DNA of 64,000 nucleotides from Octopus vulgaris (Eukaryota): the NCBI GenBank assembly GCA_951406725.2, contig OX597823.1, positions 73,532,001 through 73,596,000 on the forward strand, in the 5' to 3' direction. The notes below the pieces were generated by a model. That model saw only the letters and a program-made list of their open reading frames with translations. It had not been told where the DNA came from and did no database searches. Of the stretch, positions 14,264 to 26,848 are shown in pieces (the first letter of the stretch is position 1; every line of letters begins with the position of its first letter). The translations under genes were made by a program, and so were the position numbers.

Positions 14264-14272
<9 letters not shown>
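14061..14272 (+). mobile_element. ~210-bp Penelope-pLTR-like non-coding module carrying a hammerhead motif
   Basis: Homologous to 54997-55196 and 43380-43516; ends in (CT)n(TA)n. Confidence 0.7.
14148..14183 (+). ncRNA. Minimal type I hammerhead ribozyme motif (variant core CUGUGGA)
   Basis: CUUU-CUGUGGA-A-GAGC(GUAG)GCUC-GAAA-CG-UU-AAAG: stem I CUUU/AAAG, stem II GAGC/GCUC, palindromic AACGUU in place of stem III. Confidence 0.65.
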
Positions 14273-14345
<73 letters not shown>

Positions 14346-15812
14346 CCAAAATGTTTTCCAACGTCCTGTTTCGATTTGTAATTACTCTGAAAATACTATT
14401 CCCAGGATTTTACAACTTTTATGCATGCCTCTCTCAATTATAACATTTTCATACAATTTTGGAGTACTTGAGTATGCAGATGTGCTTCATGATGACACAA
14501 CTTGGATTATAGCCCTATCTAGTTACTATATATATATATGTATATGAGAAGATAGTGTATTTTAACATTTTTAGTGCCTACGCAGCCTATGCATTGTGCT
14601 TGGTTTCGAAAACAAGATGGAGTCACGGATTTAGATGTCCTTCGAGGAAGTTATTTAACTGCGTCTTCTCGTGATTAGTCTATTGGCCTTGATTTTTCTT
14701 AAAAGCTTCTCACATTTCTCTCGATCATAACTAACGAACGGAGACCGGTTTGACAACTATATTTATCAGTTTTAATAGCCTCTGAATAAACAAATTATTC
14801 TTTCATTTATCTTTTCAATCACCCGAAAAATTACTTGAATACACTTCCACTTATTTATAGCCCAACAATATCGAAACCCTTAGGAGAATTTCCAATTTGC
14901 CCAATCAATTATCTCGAAAGCCAGCATTTGATCTTTGATGCTAGCTCATGTAACAAACCTATATTCCGTATGATATATGATGACAAACAAAAATATATTT
15001 AATCCCTTTTTTGTCGTTTTATTCTCTAGAATAAAACCTGATGCTAAGAGGCAATTTGTCTTAAAGCAGACTTCCAATATCGGAATCTCCAATATCTGAC
15101 AGCTTTCATTTATGGAAGCTTAACCACTTACCACTGAATACAGCCATTACTATCTACACAATAGATTGTTTCTAAGGAGTAGATATATAGCCATTGGTAA
15201 TAGAATTGCTACCTTCTCTGATTAAATATTTATCTAAGTGATGTATTGTGATAATGATAAAGTATGAAATAAACTTTCAGTGAATAGTATCTGTAACACA
15301 CGTTCGCTTCCTGTTACTTGCTGTTTATTCTGCTAATGTGTTTTGACAAAATATAAATTCCCGTTATTCCAACTGCGTTAAGTTAATAAAACTAATCGCA
15401 TTGAAGATACTTCTTACTTGTAAAAGTCAAGCGAATGACTCAGTTTATCAAACTATTATTTTATTGTTATTCAATTCAGCGATCTTACACGGATTAAAGG
15501 GACACCGAGCCCAGTGTTTTACAAATTTATAGTTTCACTTTGCATTGCCCTGATTTTGAGTCACCTTTGACATACCTTTTATATTACCAGACTTAGTACA
15601 ACTGTATTAGCAACATACTATGGGTGATTCAAATCAAATATATATTTATATTTATTTTAGTGACTAAAAATGCATCATGTCTGTCTGACTCACATTACAA
15701 ATAATATTCTTAAGGATGAATGAAATCCGTCGGATCCTTGTATTTACGTAATGATTCCAGGGAAGGATAAACCAGTGCTTTGCCTTCACTAGAGTGGTAC
15801 ACCATATTATCA

Positions 15813-16045
15813 AGGCGGTGAGCTGGCAGAAATGTTAGCACGCCGGGCGAAATGCGTAGCCGTATTTCGTCTGCCGTTACGTTCTGAGTTCGAATTCCGC
15901 CGAGGTCGACTTTGCCTTTCATTCTTCTGGGGTCGATAAATTAAGTACCAGTTACGCACTGGGGTCGATATAATCGACTTAATCCGTTTGTCTGTCCTTG
16001 TTTGTCTGTCCTTGTGTTTAGCCCCTTGTGGGTAGTAAAGAAATA
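15813..16045 (+). mobile_element. SINE family A monomer ending at tail A, with a perfect 17-bp TSD
   Basis: GGTACACCATATTATCA at 15796-15812 and 16046-16062. Confidence 0.9.
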
Positions 16046-16814
16046 GGTACACCATATTATCATTACAAGCTAACGAAATGCACTTCAATTTCACACTTCT
16101 ATTTACTTACAGTGGTGCAATCTACTACAATCCAGAATGTCCCTACAGTACGGTTCCCATCCACAACTTAGGAAAAAATAAATTTCTTAGTTACACAGTA
16201 ATGTGATGAAGATAGGTCCCTGAATACCAAATAAATATAGCACTCACTCTATAAACTAGATACGAACAATCAGATGTGTTTTACAATTTCGTTTGTTGAT
16301 TCAGTAATCTTGTATGTTTTACCTCGAGTACGTAATTGCATAGACATGTATTTCATTAATGCGCCGCCAAAACTTATTACCATGAGGTTTACGTGCCAAT
16401 ATGCAAATATGTAGCCGAAAAGCTTGTCGGCTGACCTACGTTTAATTTTCGGGTGCTGTGATAGTGCAACATTAATTGCATTGCTTTTTAAAGTTCTAAT
16501 TTTAAATTCAGGGAATGTTGTTTCAGTATTGTAATCTTTGATTTTCGCACAATGCTATTAATTCAAGTGAGGACCAGGTGCATAAATATAAATATGTAAG
16601 ATATATCGTTCAAATGTGAAGCACTTAATTCATCTCCCTCATGCACACACACGCACGTGCCGCCACACACATACACATATGCACTCTCATGCACACTCAC
16701 ATGAGACAATGTATATTCACATTCAAAAACGCCCCATACCTGTCGAGAGTGATTACCGCTTGCGACACGTTTGAGTGAATGCAAGAAGGAATATGCTGAT
16801 ATATGTGTGTGTGT

Positions 16815-16977
16815 GTGGCTTAGTGGTTAGGGTGTCCGCATCATGATCGTAAGATTGTGGTTTCGATTCCTGGAAGTGTTTTGCTCAAGAACACAACGCG
16901 TCTCCCGGTCCAGGAATCGAAACCACAATCTTACGATCATGATGCTGACACCCTAACCACTAAGCCACGCGCCTCCA
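16815..16977. mobile_element. Two inverted heads of tRNA-derived SINE family D forming a palindrome
   Basis: 16815-16874 is the reverse complement of 16909-16968 with one mismatch; tRNA-like GTGGCTTAGTGGTTAGG...GGTTTCGATTCC. Confidence 0.85.
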
Positions 16978-17599
16978 CATGTCTATAAAATGTAAGTATA
17001 TTATAGAGCGTTCTCTTTTGAAACTGTAGTCAGTCCCTATAAAAGAGAACAAGTATATTGGCTGGGGCCAAGTGAGCCAAAGAAAGGCCCATGAATATAT
17101 AACAGCTCCCCTACCTAAAAGATTAACAAACTCAGTCACTTCCATTTCAGTTTATTACAAAGATTCCAGATTATATGGAATAGTACAGTATTCGACTGTT
17201 GTAACAAACATGCGTTAATCTACTCTAAATGATACTGATGGATCTAAAACATAGACAGGGTGCTTACAAGTGGGAAAACTGAAGTCTAATTTTAAACAAA
17301 TTTACAAAGTTAAAAGCATAAAACAAAAAAGAAAAAGAAAATTTGAACTAAATTATAAAGTACAAACTGTATGCCACTTAACAACATTAACTATTAACAA
17401 TATTTAACTAATAAACAATTTAGATAATTCATGATATTATTGCTTTGGCTTCCCGTAACAACTTATTTGGTAACTTAAAAAGTCAAATTACACTTTGACG
17501 AATCAAGTGATATAAGTGATAGAAAGCTAACGGCTTTTGTAAAGGGTATTTTTCATATAATTATAATAGAGTGTAAATATCATTTTCAGGAACAAATTG

Positions 17600-18900
17600 C
17601 GTCATAAAAAAAGTAGAGAATGTCTGTATAGTGTAGCTGAGTGCAGAAGAAGCCAGAAATAAAAGATAAAAGAAGCAGAAGCTAAACAAAAAATCAAATG
17701 GTTTAGTAATGTCAGTTCCTGAGCGAACCAACCTAACAGTGTATCAGAAGAAGCATTTAAACGTCCTTCAAGAAACAGATGTGTCTTTCATAAAGACATA
17801 AAATAGTAAATCTTTTGATTTCAAAAAATATGAAATATATTTTCTCGGATACCCAGAGGACATAAACGTTTATATTAAGTTTGAAGTATTTTCGAAATAA
17901 GTGAAGAGCTATAGAATTCTTTAGAAAATAGTGGACTCATTGACATGGAGCTTCAAGATAAATAACAGAAAAATTGCAAGTTATCCTCAGAATTCTATGT
18001 TGCATAAAAGTGTTTTGCAACACAAAACCTTTTATTGTGTGGAGAGAAAGAAATCTATAGACAGAAATGAGAAAGCAATTTCAATTTTTTATGGTATTAC
18101 AAGAAATGTTGACAAAGATTGATCTTGTTATGGAAGTGCATTTCAGTAGAGAGTTAAAAAAAAAGAATTGGAAAATATAATTTAATAAGTTATCTCTGTT
18201 AATATCTGGCGTTCTTGTTTGACCCTGCTCTGAATCAAGCACTTGTAGAGTAGTAAATGATGGAAACAGTTCATCATTAAGTACACAACAATTATATCAA
18301 TAACAGACCTTCCTTGAATTTATCCACTTAAGACATAAAGATGTTGAAAACAAGATGGAAGTAACTTTTAGATCAACTTGTAAAAAAACGAGATGTCATA
18401 TAATTATCGTTATGATTGTTTATAGAAACAATGTACAACAAAGTAATCATGAAATATTGGAAAACTACTTTTGTAAACTGCAATAATCATTCCCTCAATT
18501 TGGTAGAAATATGAGCCACTAACTATAATGAATTGATGGTAAAATACTTCGGTGCGGTTTCAGTTGCTTTATTCATTCTTTACTGCTCCAAACTTCGTTT
18601 GTAAAAGTTGAAATTTGTCACATCAGAAGTTATCAAATCTGGATCTTAAATGCGATAGAGTTCCTAAGCAGAGACTAAGAAGCCAGTTATCATAGTGGAA
18701 CGAACTTTTGCGAAGCAGAGCAGGATCAACCTCTTGGCGCAAGAAGAGAAACAGCAGGTAATAAATCATATTTTAACTTTTGCTTTTTTGGTTTGCTTCG
18801 GTTTGGTCTAATTTTTGGATCTTGGAATTATATTGCTTTGTTTTAAAATGACACAAAATTATAACAAATTCTCATAATGCTGCTTCATTTAAAGCTCTTA
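17600..18900 (+). mobile_element. Decayed hAT-superfamily transposase remnant
   Basis: FVNCNNHSLNLV at ~18469-18504 (hAT CxxH-LNL motif), preceded by a YD...NVQQ-like segment; no intact ORF; boundaries approximate. Confidence 0.55.
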
Positions 18901-19212
18901 TAAGTCTTAAAATATTTTGAGATCACTCGAAGACGATCACCCGATCACAAGCCAGCGATCACTCGAAGGTGAGAACAAGCAAGTTTGTACAAGAAAAGAA
19001 GACCATCTACAAGTATTCAAATAAAAATATTAAAATAATGACAAGCAGATATGGCCGTGTGATTAAAATGTCTGTTTCAGAAGCACCTGCTTTCTGGTTC
19101 AATTTCACTGCACAATATTTGGACAAATGTTTTCTATATTATGCTCCAGTTGACAAATACCATTTATAAGAGGCATTTAGTTGACAGAAACTATGCAGGT
19201 GCGAAACTAATA

Positions 19213-19485
19213 GGCGGCGAGCTGACAGAAACGTTAGCACGGTCGGCGAAACGCTTAGCGGTATTTGTCTGCCGTTACACTCTGAGTTCAAATTCCGCCG
19301 AGGTCAACTTTGCCTTTCATCCTTTCGGGGTCGATTAAATAAGTACCAGTTACACAGAGGGGTCGATATAATCGACTTAATCCGTTTGTCTGTCCTTGTT
19401 TGTCCTCTCTGTGTTTAGCCCCTTGTGGGTAGTAAAGAAATAGGCATTTAGTCTGCCGTTACGTTCTGAGTTCAAATTCCGCCGA
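19213..19485 (+). mobile_element. SINE family A with tail A followed by a partial second body
   Basis: Head GGCGGCGAGCTGACAG; tail A then GGCATTTAGTCTGCCGTTACG. Confidence 0.85.
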
Positions 19486-21521
19486 ATTTGTTCCTTACCA
19501 TTCGATGTGGTTAGCCATAACTTGGATTATAAAATATATATTATAATAGATATCCGAAGCTGTGCGCGTCGATATGAAAATTTTGAGGAATTAAGCACTA
19601 ACAATAACAATACAAAACAGGCGGAAATTTTTCAAAATTAGCCTTCATCAGCTGTCAAGCTACGAGATTTTCGTGGTCTCGCCCCTTGAGGACAGTACTG
19701 CTTACCCAAAGGCATCAACAACCATCCAGTGCGGTTAAGGAAATACTGAAAATTATTTCTTGAACAAACAGAAACATTGTGGAGAGATGACGAAAAGATG
19801 TGATCGCTGGTGAGCTAAGGCAAAATATTAAGAAGAGAGGACAAAGCAGAAAAGGAGAAGTGGTAAAAGATTAGGAGTTGTGAAATTAAAAAGACTGAAT
19901 GGAGAGAAGGGGGGAAGGAAGAGAATTAGCATTTATGCGTATATGTGTATGTGGGCGTATATTGGTTTAAACTGGCGTATGTAAGTCCGTGAAAGAACGT
20001 AACTTAACATTTCGAAATAGAACAATGCAATTATTATTTGACTGAGTAGTGGATTCGATATAATTGATTACCCTTGTAGGTAGTGCTCCAACGTGGCCGC
20101 AGTTTAGTTACTGAAATCAATAAAATTATAAAGGAAAGATTTTCAAATGCCATAGGCAAACTAAGAAGATATGGATATCTTGTTTCCTATAAATGCATTG
20201 GAATTTCAAATTTCATTTTACGTGGTCAGCCTTTCAATATGCAGAGAGAAAGACGTATTGTGTTGAACAAATTTGATATCCTCTCAGCAGGCAATATTCT
20301 TCAGTTTATATATTTCATAACAATACTCTAGACTATTCACGAGGGAAAAATAATTTCGTTTAATTATCGATTTCCATACTTCCTGTGCTTATTTTTCTTG
20401 TTTGTATTTTACTACACAATGGTTCTATATACTGTTATCTGGTAATGAATCAATATCCGTGAAATGGTGAAGTAATAAAAAGGAAATTTTACTAAGAAGT
20501 TACAAAAAATTGCTACTTTAGATAATGTGGGAAGATGCATTGAAGAGTAGAAGTCAGTATCTTCTACCCCAGACAGTATATTGGCCATGTAAAGCAACGA
20601 ATCGATTCTGATTCCAGGTCGAATAGATTTTATTTCATATCCAGTTATAATGTCCTTTACTTAGTGGAAATGTAGGAATATTATGTTATTAATTCCCTTT
20701 CAAAAGACATTACGGGTACAAGGAAAATAAAATAGCTTCAGAGTGAGATGGAATCTGAGAAGTGGTACTTGAATAGCAGGAAGCTAAATTTTTGACACCG
20801 TGGCGCAAATACGGAACAACTGTTAATAGTTCTATTTGACTATACACAAGAATTTATATTTTATAAAATACGAGGAAAATGTTTCTCATGATCATTAACA
20901 AAGTAAATAAATTGAAATAGTTTTTTAACTTTGAAACGTGATCACGTGGTGTATTAATCCAACAGAACTTTTCCTCGTTTTTATTATCGATCGTCACCTG
21001 CAGACTAACTATTATTATTGATCGAAATTTCTGATTCGAAAATCTCACTGGGAAGTATGTTGAATTCTATGCTATTTTCATGTTTCTATCTCACATTTCT
21101 CTTCCATATTTTTACAGTTTCAATTCAGATTAATTAGCAGTGCTAAACATTTAAGAGATACCACCAGGAGAGTACTAAAAGGAGATAAACTTTTACGTAC
21201 AACACCAAAATCCAATGCAAGTATGTATACATGATTATGAACGACTTCACCAATATTTTAAACACCTACATTAATACACCTATATTAATATATTCTGGAT
21301 TGTGCTTCTACATCTTGAAAAATATATGCATGTAATTATACGTGTGACTTCGATACAAAGCAATTTCTTTCATAAACCCCTGTGGCATTTTATGTAAAGT
21401 TTTAATGCCCCAAGCCTTAAGTAATAGACAACTCTTCGCCTTCCCTCTTCTTTTTTCTTCTTTTCCTCCTCCTCTTCTTTTTCTTCTTCTCCTTAGTGTA
21501 TATGTGAGTCTGTGTGCAATA

Positions 21522-21572
<51 letters not shown>

Positions 21573-21879
21573 TCACACACATACATACAAAATGCATAAT
21601 AAAAAGATACATACATACATACACGCAAACAGATACACTCATGTAGGTGTGTTGTGACAGTGTGTATGTGTGTGTGCATGTGTCGTATATGCTTTGTTGC
21701 AGTTATGTATATTTTACATACGCACGCGCGAACACACACACACACTCACTCACAAAAGTACTTCTGTACTGAGTTTTCTTGAAAAGTTCGTTTCATCCAG
21801 TTTGGTTTTATGTGTCTGTTTTTCGCTCCGTTTGAACCTACTTTCCAAGTAATAACGTGAAGCTATATATGTCCCATCC

Positions 21880-22620
21880 CCATTCTTTGATTTTCTTTTT
21901 CCCCTACTTAACTTATCTCTTCCTCTCTCTCTCATTCTTCATTCTCTCTCTCCCCCTCACCATTCTTCATGGTCTCCTCGCACCATTCCCCTTCTTCTCT
22001 CCCTTCCTCTTGCTCCTCCTCCCCCCTTCCCGTCGTCCACCCGCGACGATACTTCCGCCCTGACTGCTAACTGTCTTTCTCGCCTGGCCTTCAAGGCAAC
22101 TGGACGACTTTTCCTGCTCTCTCGTCGTTCACAAAAAATTCTGCGTTTGCAATACTTTTTTCGTTCGGCGTCAACAGCCCTTCTTATCTTGTTTTCCCTG
22201 TCCTGTCTTTTACTGTTATATATATTTTTTTACTGTTTATATATACTTTTTTTACTGTTTTTTTACTGTTTATATTTTGTACTGTCGTTACTGTCCTGTT
22301 TTTTTACCATTTTTTTTTTACCATTTTTTACCCCTCTACGAAAAGATCTCAGAATTTTAATTGATTTGCTTTTCGCAGGAAGGAAAGTTTCTTGTCGAAG
22401 ATACGTCTCTCTTTTATCCTTCGAAACGTAGAGTAGATGAAACCTTAGCGACTGAAGAAGGGGTTTTTTCGTTGTGTTAATTGTCCTGTACTCCATTTTT
22501 TGTTGTTTTTAAAAAATGTCCTGTTCCTTTGGTGTCCTGTACTCATATATGCGTGTATATGTACATGTAGAGGTGGGTACGTACATATATGTTTTTATAT
22601 ATGCATGTTTTATTTCATTT
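21880..22620 (+). mobile_element. Probable Penelope-like 3' terminal remnant with a degenerate hammerhead-like motif (~22388-22434)
   Basis: Pyrimidine-rich tract and TGTCCTG repeats resembling 53800-54460; TTGTCGAAGATA...TATCCTTCGAAACGTAGAG; ends in (TA)n. Confidence 0.4.
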
Positions 22621-22624
22621 ATTA

Positions 22625-22671
<47 letters not shown>

Positions 22672-22698
22672 ATAACAAAGGGTAAAATTAATTAGTTA

Positions 22699-22765
<67 letters not shown>

Positions 22766-23196
22766 AGGAAAAATTAAGGCCAATAGGCCAGATATAGTTG
22801 TCAGAGATCATGAAGAAGAAAATGCTTTCTAATTGATGTATCAATACCAGCAGATGACAACGTTTCTCTAAAAGAAATGGAGAAACTTACAAATTACAAA
22901 GACCTAGAAATAGAGGTAACCAGAATGTGGAATCTAAAAAACAGAAACAATTCCTATCATAGTAGGCACATTAGGTATGATAAAAAATATTCAGACAAAT
23001 ACATAACAAAAATACCAGGACTTACAAACACATATAACATACAGAAAATTGCATTACTAGGCACTGCACACATTCTACGCAAAACACTTTCAATACAATA
23101 ACCATAAGAGCATTACAACAAACCCAAGGCACATACCCAAGGCACACAGAGCTGCGCTCGGTAGTGAAGTGAAAGCACGCTATAAAAATAAAACTA

Positions 23197-23233
<37 letters not shown>
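22766..23233 (+). mobile_element. 5'-truncated R4/Dong-type LINE (REL endonuclease, 3' UTR, (TAA)n tail) inside a trinucleotide microsatellite
   Basis: KANRPDIVV...LIDVSIP.D...KEMEKLTNYKDL..E..RMW...IQKIALLGTAHILRKTL* with frameshifts; (TAG)n upstream and (TAA)n downstream. Confidence 0.85.
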
Positions 23234-23262
<29 letters not shown>

Positions 23263-23327
23263 AAGAAGAAGAAGGAGGAGGTGGATGAGGAGGATGGTGG
23301 TGGTGGTGGTGGTGGTGGTGGTAGTAA

Positions 23328-23371
<44 letters not shown>

Positions 23372-23373
23372 AT

Positions 23374-23920
23374 AAATGCCCTGATGCAGTACCAGGCAGT
23401 AGCTCTCGTGGCTTCTGATCTTAACTGATTGGAAGTGTTATCATGTATTTTTTTTGTCTTGGTATAGAATATGGGCTACAGCAAATATTCTGCTCAATAC
23501 CACAGATTTGCTTGTCAACTGTTTGACCTTAACCAGTTGAGCATGGCCCTTAGTGACTGACGAGCAGAATTAGCTGGGGAGTATCATACCCATGTGTTGA
23601 GAGGAATTCTTTGGAGTTTGAATAATCATCTCTGGAAACATGGGTGTTTCATTCAACATCCTTAAACAAACCTTATTCAGGGGCCTTTTGAGCGAGATTG
23701 GATACCCGACTTGAAAAAAATTCTAACTGGGCCCCCACCTGCAAGGTCATGCGCTGCTTATTTTGTTATAAGATCACCATGTCGTGCACATATGGCTGTG
23801 AGGCATGTGCCTGGTGTACCCTTATCAGACGAGTAGTCATGATGGGTATACTGATCAGTATAATTTACACCAGTATCTCTTTGATGGCATGCACTGCTCT
23901 CTCACTCAATAATAATAATA
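23374..23920 (+). repeat. Unclassified ~540-bp interspersed repeat ending in CACTGCTCTCTCACTC(AAT)n
   Basis: Homologous pieces at 2791-3030(-) and ~29985-30070(-); its 3' end recurs at ~33205-33330(-) next to (TTA)n. Confidence 0.7.
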
Positions 23921-24299
23921 TACCCACTCATTACCTAATGTATGAGTGACTTTTATGACACATGTATTATTAGACGACTATATACGTGTGTGACTGTGTG
24001 TGTGCATGTATGTATATGTGTTTGTGTGAGCAAGTATATTCTATTATTCATTTATCGGTTTCATTTATTTACTGGCGCCATGTTGGAGTACAGCTTTCAA
24101 TGATATAGTCAATTTTATCGATCCTAGAACTCTTAAACTGATACTATATTATCGACTATAGAAGTCTGGAGGGTAAATTTGACCTCAGCAGAATTTGAAC
24201 TCAGACTGTAACGAAGTATACCTAAATTCCGAAAGGCATTTTGTCCGCCTCCTTATCGATCTTGCTAACTTAAATCTGCGTGTATGTGTGTGTATGTGT

Positions 24300-24335
<36 letters not shown>

Positions 24336-24978
24336 GTGCGTATACATGTATGTGTCTGTGTGTATCCTTGAGTATACATGTGTGTAAGTGCGCTTGTGTC
24401 TGTGCGTCCTCGTGCTCACACTTACAGATGTATATATAAAATGCGCTTTCAGCAAATATTAAATCGATTTCCATATGTAGATATACGTATATAGTCTTGA
24501 TATATCTGAGATTGTTTAGTCTCAGCTTGCATCAATATTGACTGAGTGTTTTCCATATTTATGTTTCAAGAATATCAATATTCTAAAAGTCCTTGGTTAC
24601 CAATATTTTTTTTTAAATTCGTGATAAGCACGATAATTCTTATTCGATTTTACCAAAGAAAGGACACTTCCTCTTATAGTATGATTTACATCCTGTCAAT
24701 TTTCAGTCCATACATTTCTTTTTCCATAAAAAATATATATTCTGATAATGAATATCACCTGCATAGCGGCGTGGCGAACTAGAAGCTTTATCGTGTCTAG
24801 ATGACTAATTTTTCGTACTGTGTTCGAAGCTCGCAATATTTTCACCGTTACATTTAAAACATCCGTTATATATTAACCACTCTACTCCAAATATTAGTTC
24901 ATAACAAACGGTAGATTTCGATTCTATATACATTCGAGGGCTCATCTCTTTGCCTTTCCCAGAAATATTACCGATGTG

Positions 24979-25391
24979 GAATCTTTTCGGTTTGAACGGC
25001 AGTTTTTAACATAATTTCTAGGTAACTAAAAAATGTAAAACTTCGTATACTGGTAGAATGTGTTTATAAAACATCTTTTTCTCTTGGCTTTATTGAGAAA
25101 AGTCTATACTTTGTAAGTTATTTGTTGTTTTATTTTTCTTCAGTTTCTCTAATTTCAACCAATCACTGACGTCTATTAGGCTAAAAAACATTCTGTGCCG
25201 TATGAATATGTCCCTCGTTTAAGAAACAGATTGGGTTTATTTACATTTGTGAAGAAAAAAAGATACCCTTCCCCCCACCTCTAACCCTAAAACAGATTGA
25301 AATGCCATAGATCGATACTAGGGTCATAATTATGGGAGACAATTTCATATGACACCGCTAGAAAAAACTGCCGTTCAAACCGAAAGCATCC
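24979..25391. mobile_element. Non-autonomous TIR DNA transposon (413 bp) with 8-bp TSD
   Basis: TIR core TTTCGGTTTGAACGGCAGTTTTT / AAAAACTGCCGTTCAAACCGAAA; TSD CCGATGTG at 24971-24978 and 25392-25399. Confidence 0.85.
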
Positions 25392-26529
25392 CCGATGTGA
25401 TTCCGAAGAGAAAATCAATAAATATGGTGGTAAAATCTGTAATATAAGAGGTTAACTTCCGGTAATCTAACGCGCCATGTGGTTTCAAATTCAGTTTTTT
25501 TTTAATTTCTCAAGCGACGTTATTTATTTTTGGAAAAGCATGGACATCAGATTGCTTCAATAGAAAGATCTTACGTTGAATAACAAAGAAACCAAAAGAT
25601 GGAGTAGATAAAGAGATAAAGTATCGTAAATTCTACATGATACAAAGACGTAGTTTCTCTCGTTATTACTACACTTCCATGTGACTTTCAGCTATATCAG
25701 TTTGATCTATTTGTTTGACGACGCTTTGCAGAAGCTTGTCATATGTATCCATTACGTGGTGTGTGTGTGTGTGTGTGTAAGCATGTGTATTTGTATATGT
25801 GTCTATTTCCGAGCAATATTAGTGGTGTGTCGAAAAGTTTAACTTAATTATTCGAGGAATATCTTTTCTTTCATCCTTTACTTGATTCCGTCATTAGACT
25901 GCGGCCATGCTGGAGCATTTTAGTCAAACGAATCGATCACAGAACATTTTTTTAATGTGGTACTTATTCTATCGAGCTATTTTACCGAACCGCTAAGTTA
26001 GGGGAACATAAGCACACCAACCCGGTTGACCACAATCCATTAAAAGAATAAAGAATATAGTGTTTGTTTGCTTGCAACACTGTAATGCATTAACGCTGGG
26101 CAAAGAAGTTCAACAAGTCCGGAATATTTTATGAATTATATTCCAGACGCTGATTCACTGCGTTTAACCAACTCTTCGTCAAAGCATGCAGTGTAGCTCT
26201 CAGCTAGACGTCTACAGTGTATTTAACTAATGACTGACAATAATAAATCTCTAAACGAGGTATAAACAGTAGCTGCACGACAATGTGAAGTATATTTGCC
26301 ACATAAATGTGGCTAACCCTTAAGGGTTGATGCTACTGTAGCTTGTAGCCCCAGGAGAACATCTCCAGCTGGCTATTGACACACTTTCTGTGCTCTATCA
26401 GTATTTGCAAAGGGAAGTCATCCTTCCCTGACGTGATACGCACGGACCTGAGTTTCTGGGTATTTACCTGTCGTCAGCGCACGACAATCACCGGTCTTCA
26501 CATGCTTCACATAATAACTGACACTCTGT

Positions 26530-26848
26530 CAGTTACGACGACGAGGGTCTCAGTTGATCCAATCAACAGAACAGCCTGCTCGTGAAATTAACGTGCAAGT
26601 GGCTGAGTCCTCCACAGACACGTGCTCTTAACGTAGTTCACAGGGAGAGTCAGCGTGACACAGAATGTGACAAGGCTGGCCCTTTGAAATACTGATACTG
26701 CTCACCTTTTTTTTTTTTGCCAGTTGGGTAGACTGGAGCAAGGTGAAATAAAGCGTCTTGCTCAGGGATACAACGCTTCGCTGGGAATTGAACTCATGAC
26801 TTTACGGTCGTGAACCGAATAACCTAACCACTAAACCACGCGCCTTCA
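26530..26848 (-). mobile_element. tRNA-derived SINE related to family D
   Basis: Reverse complement begins GAAGGCGCGTGGTTTAGTGGTTAGG...GAGTTCAATTCCC, then TTGCTCCAGTCTAC core. Confidence 0.75.

Noticed and set aside
16815-16880. tRNA genes at tRNA-like heads (also 29095, 45687, 56866)
   Set aside because: A/B boxes belong to SINE heads continuing into SINE bodies; no complete cloverleaf.
19500-19660. CTGATGAAGG on the minus strand as another hammerhead
   Set aside because: No matching stem II or GAAA box at a suitable distance.
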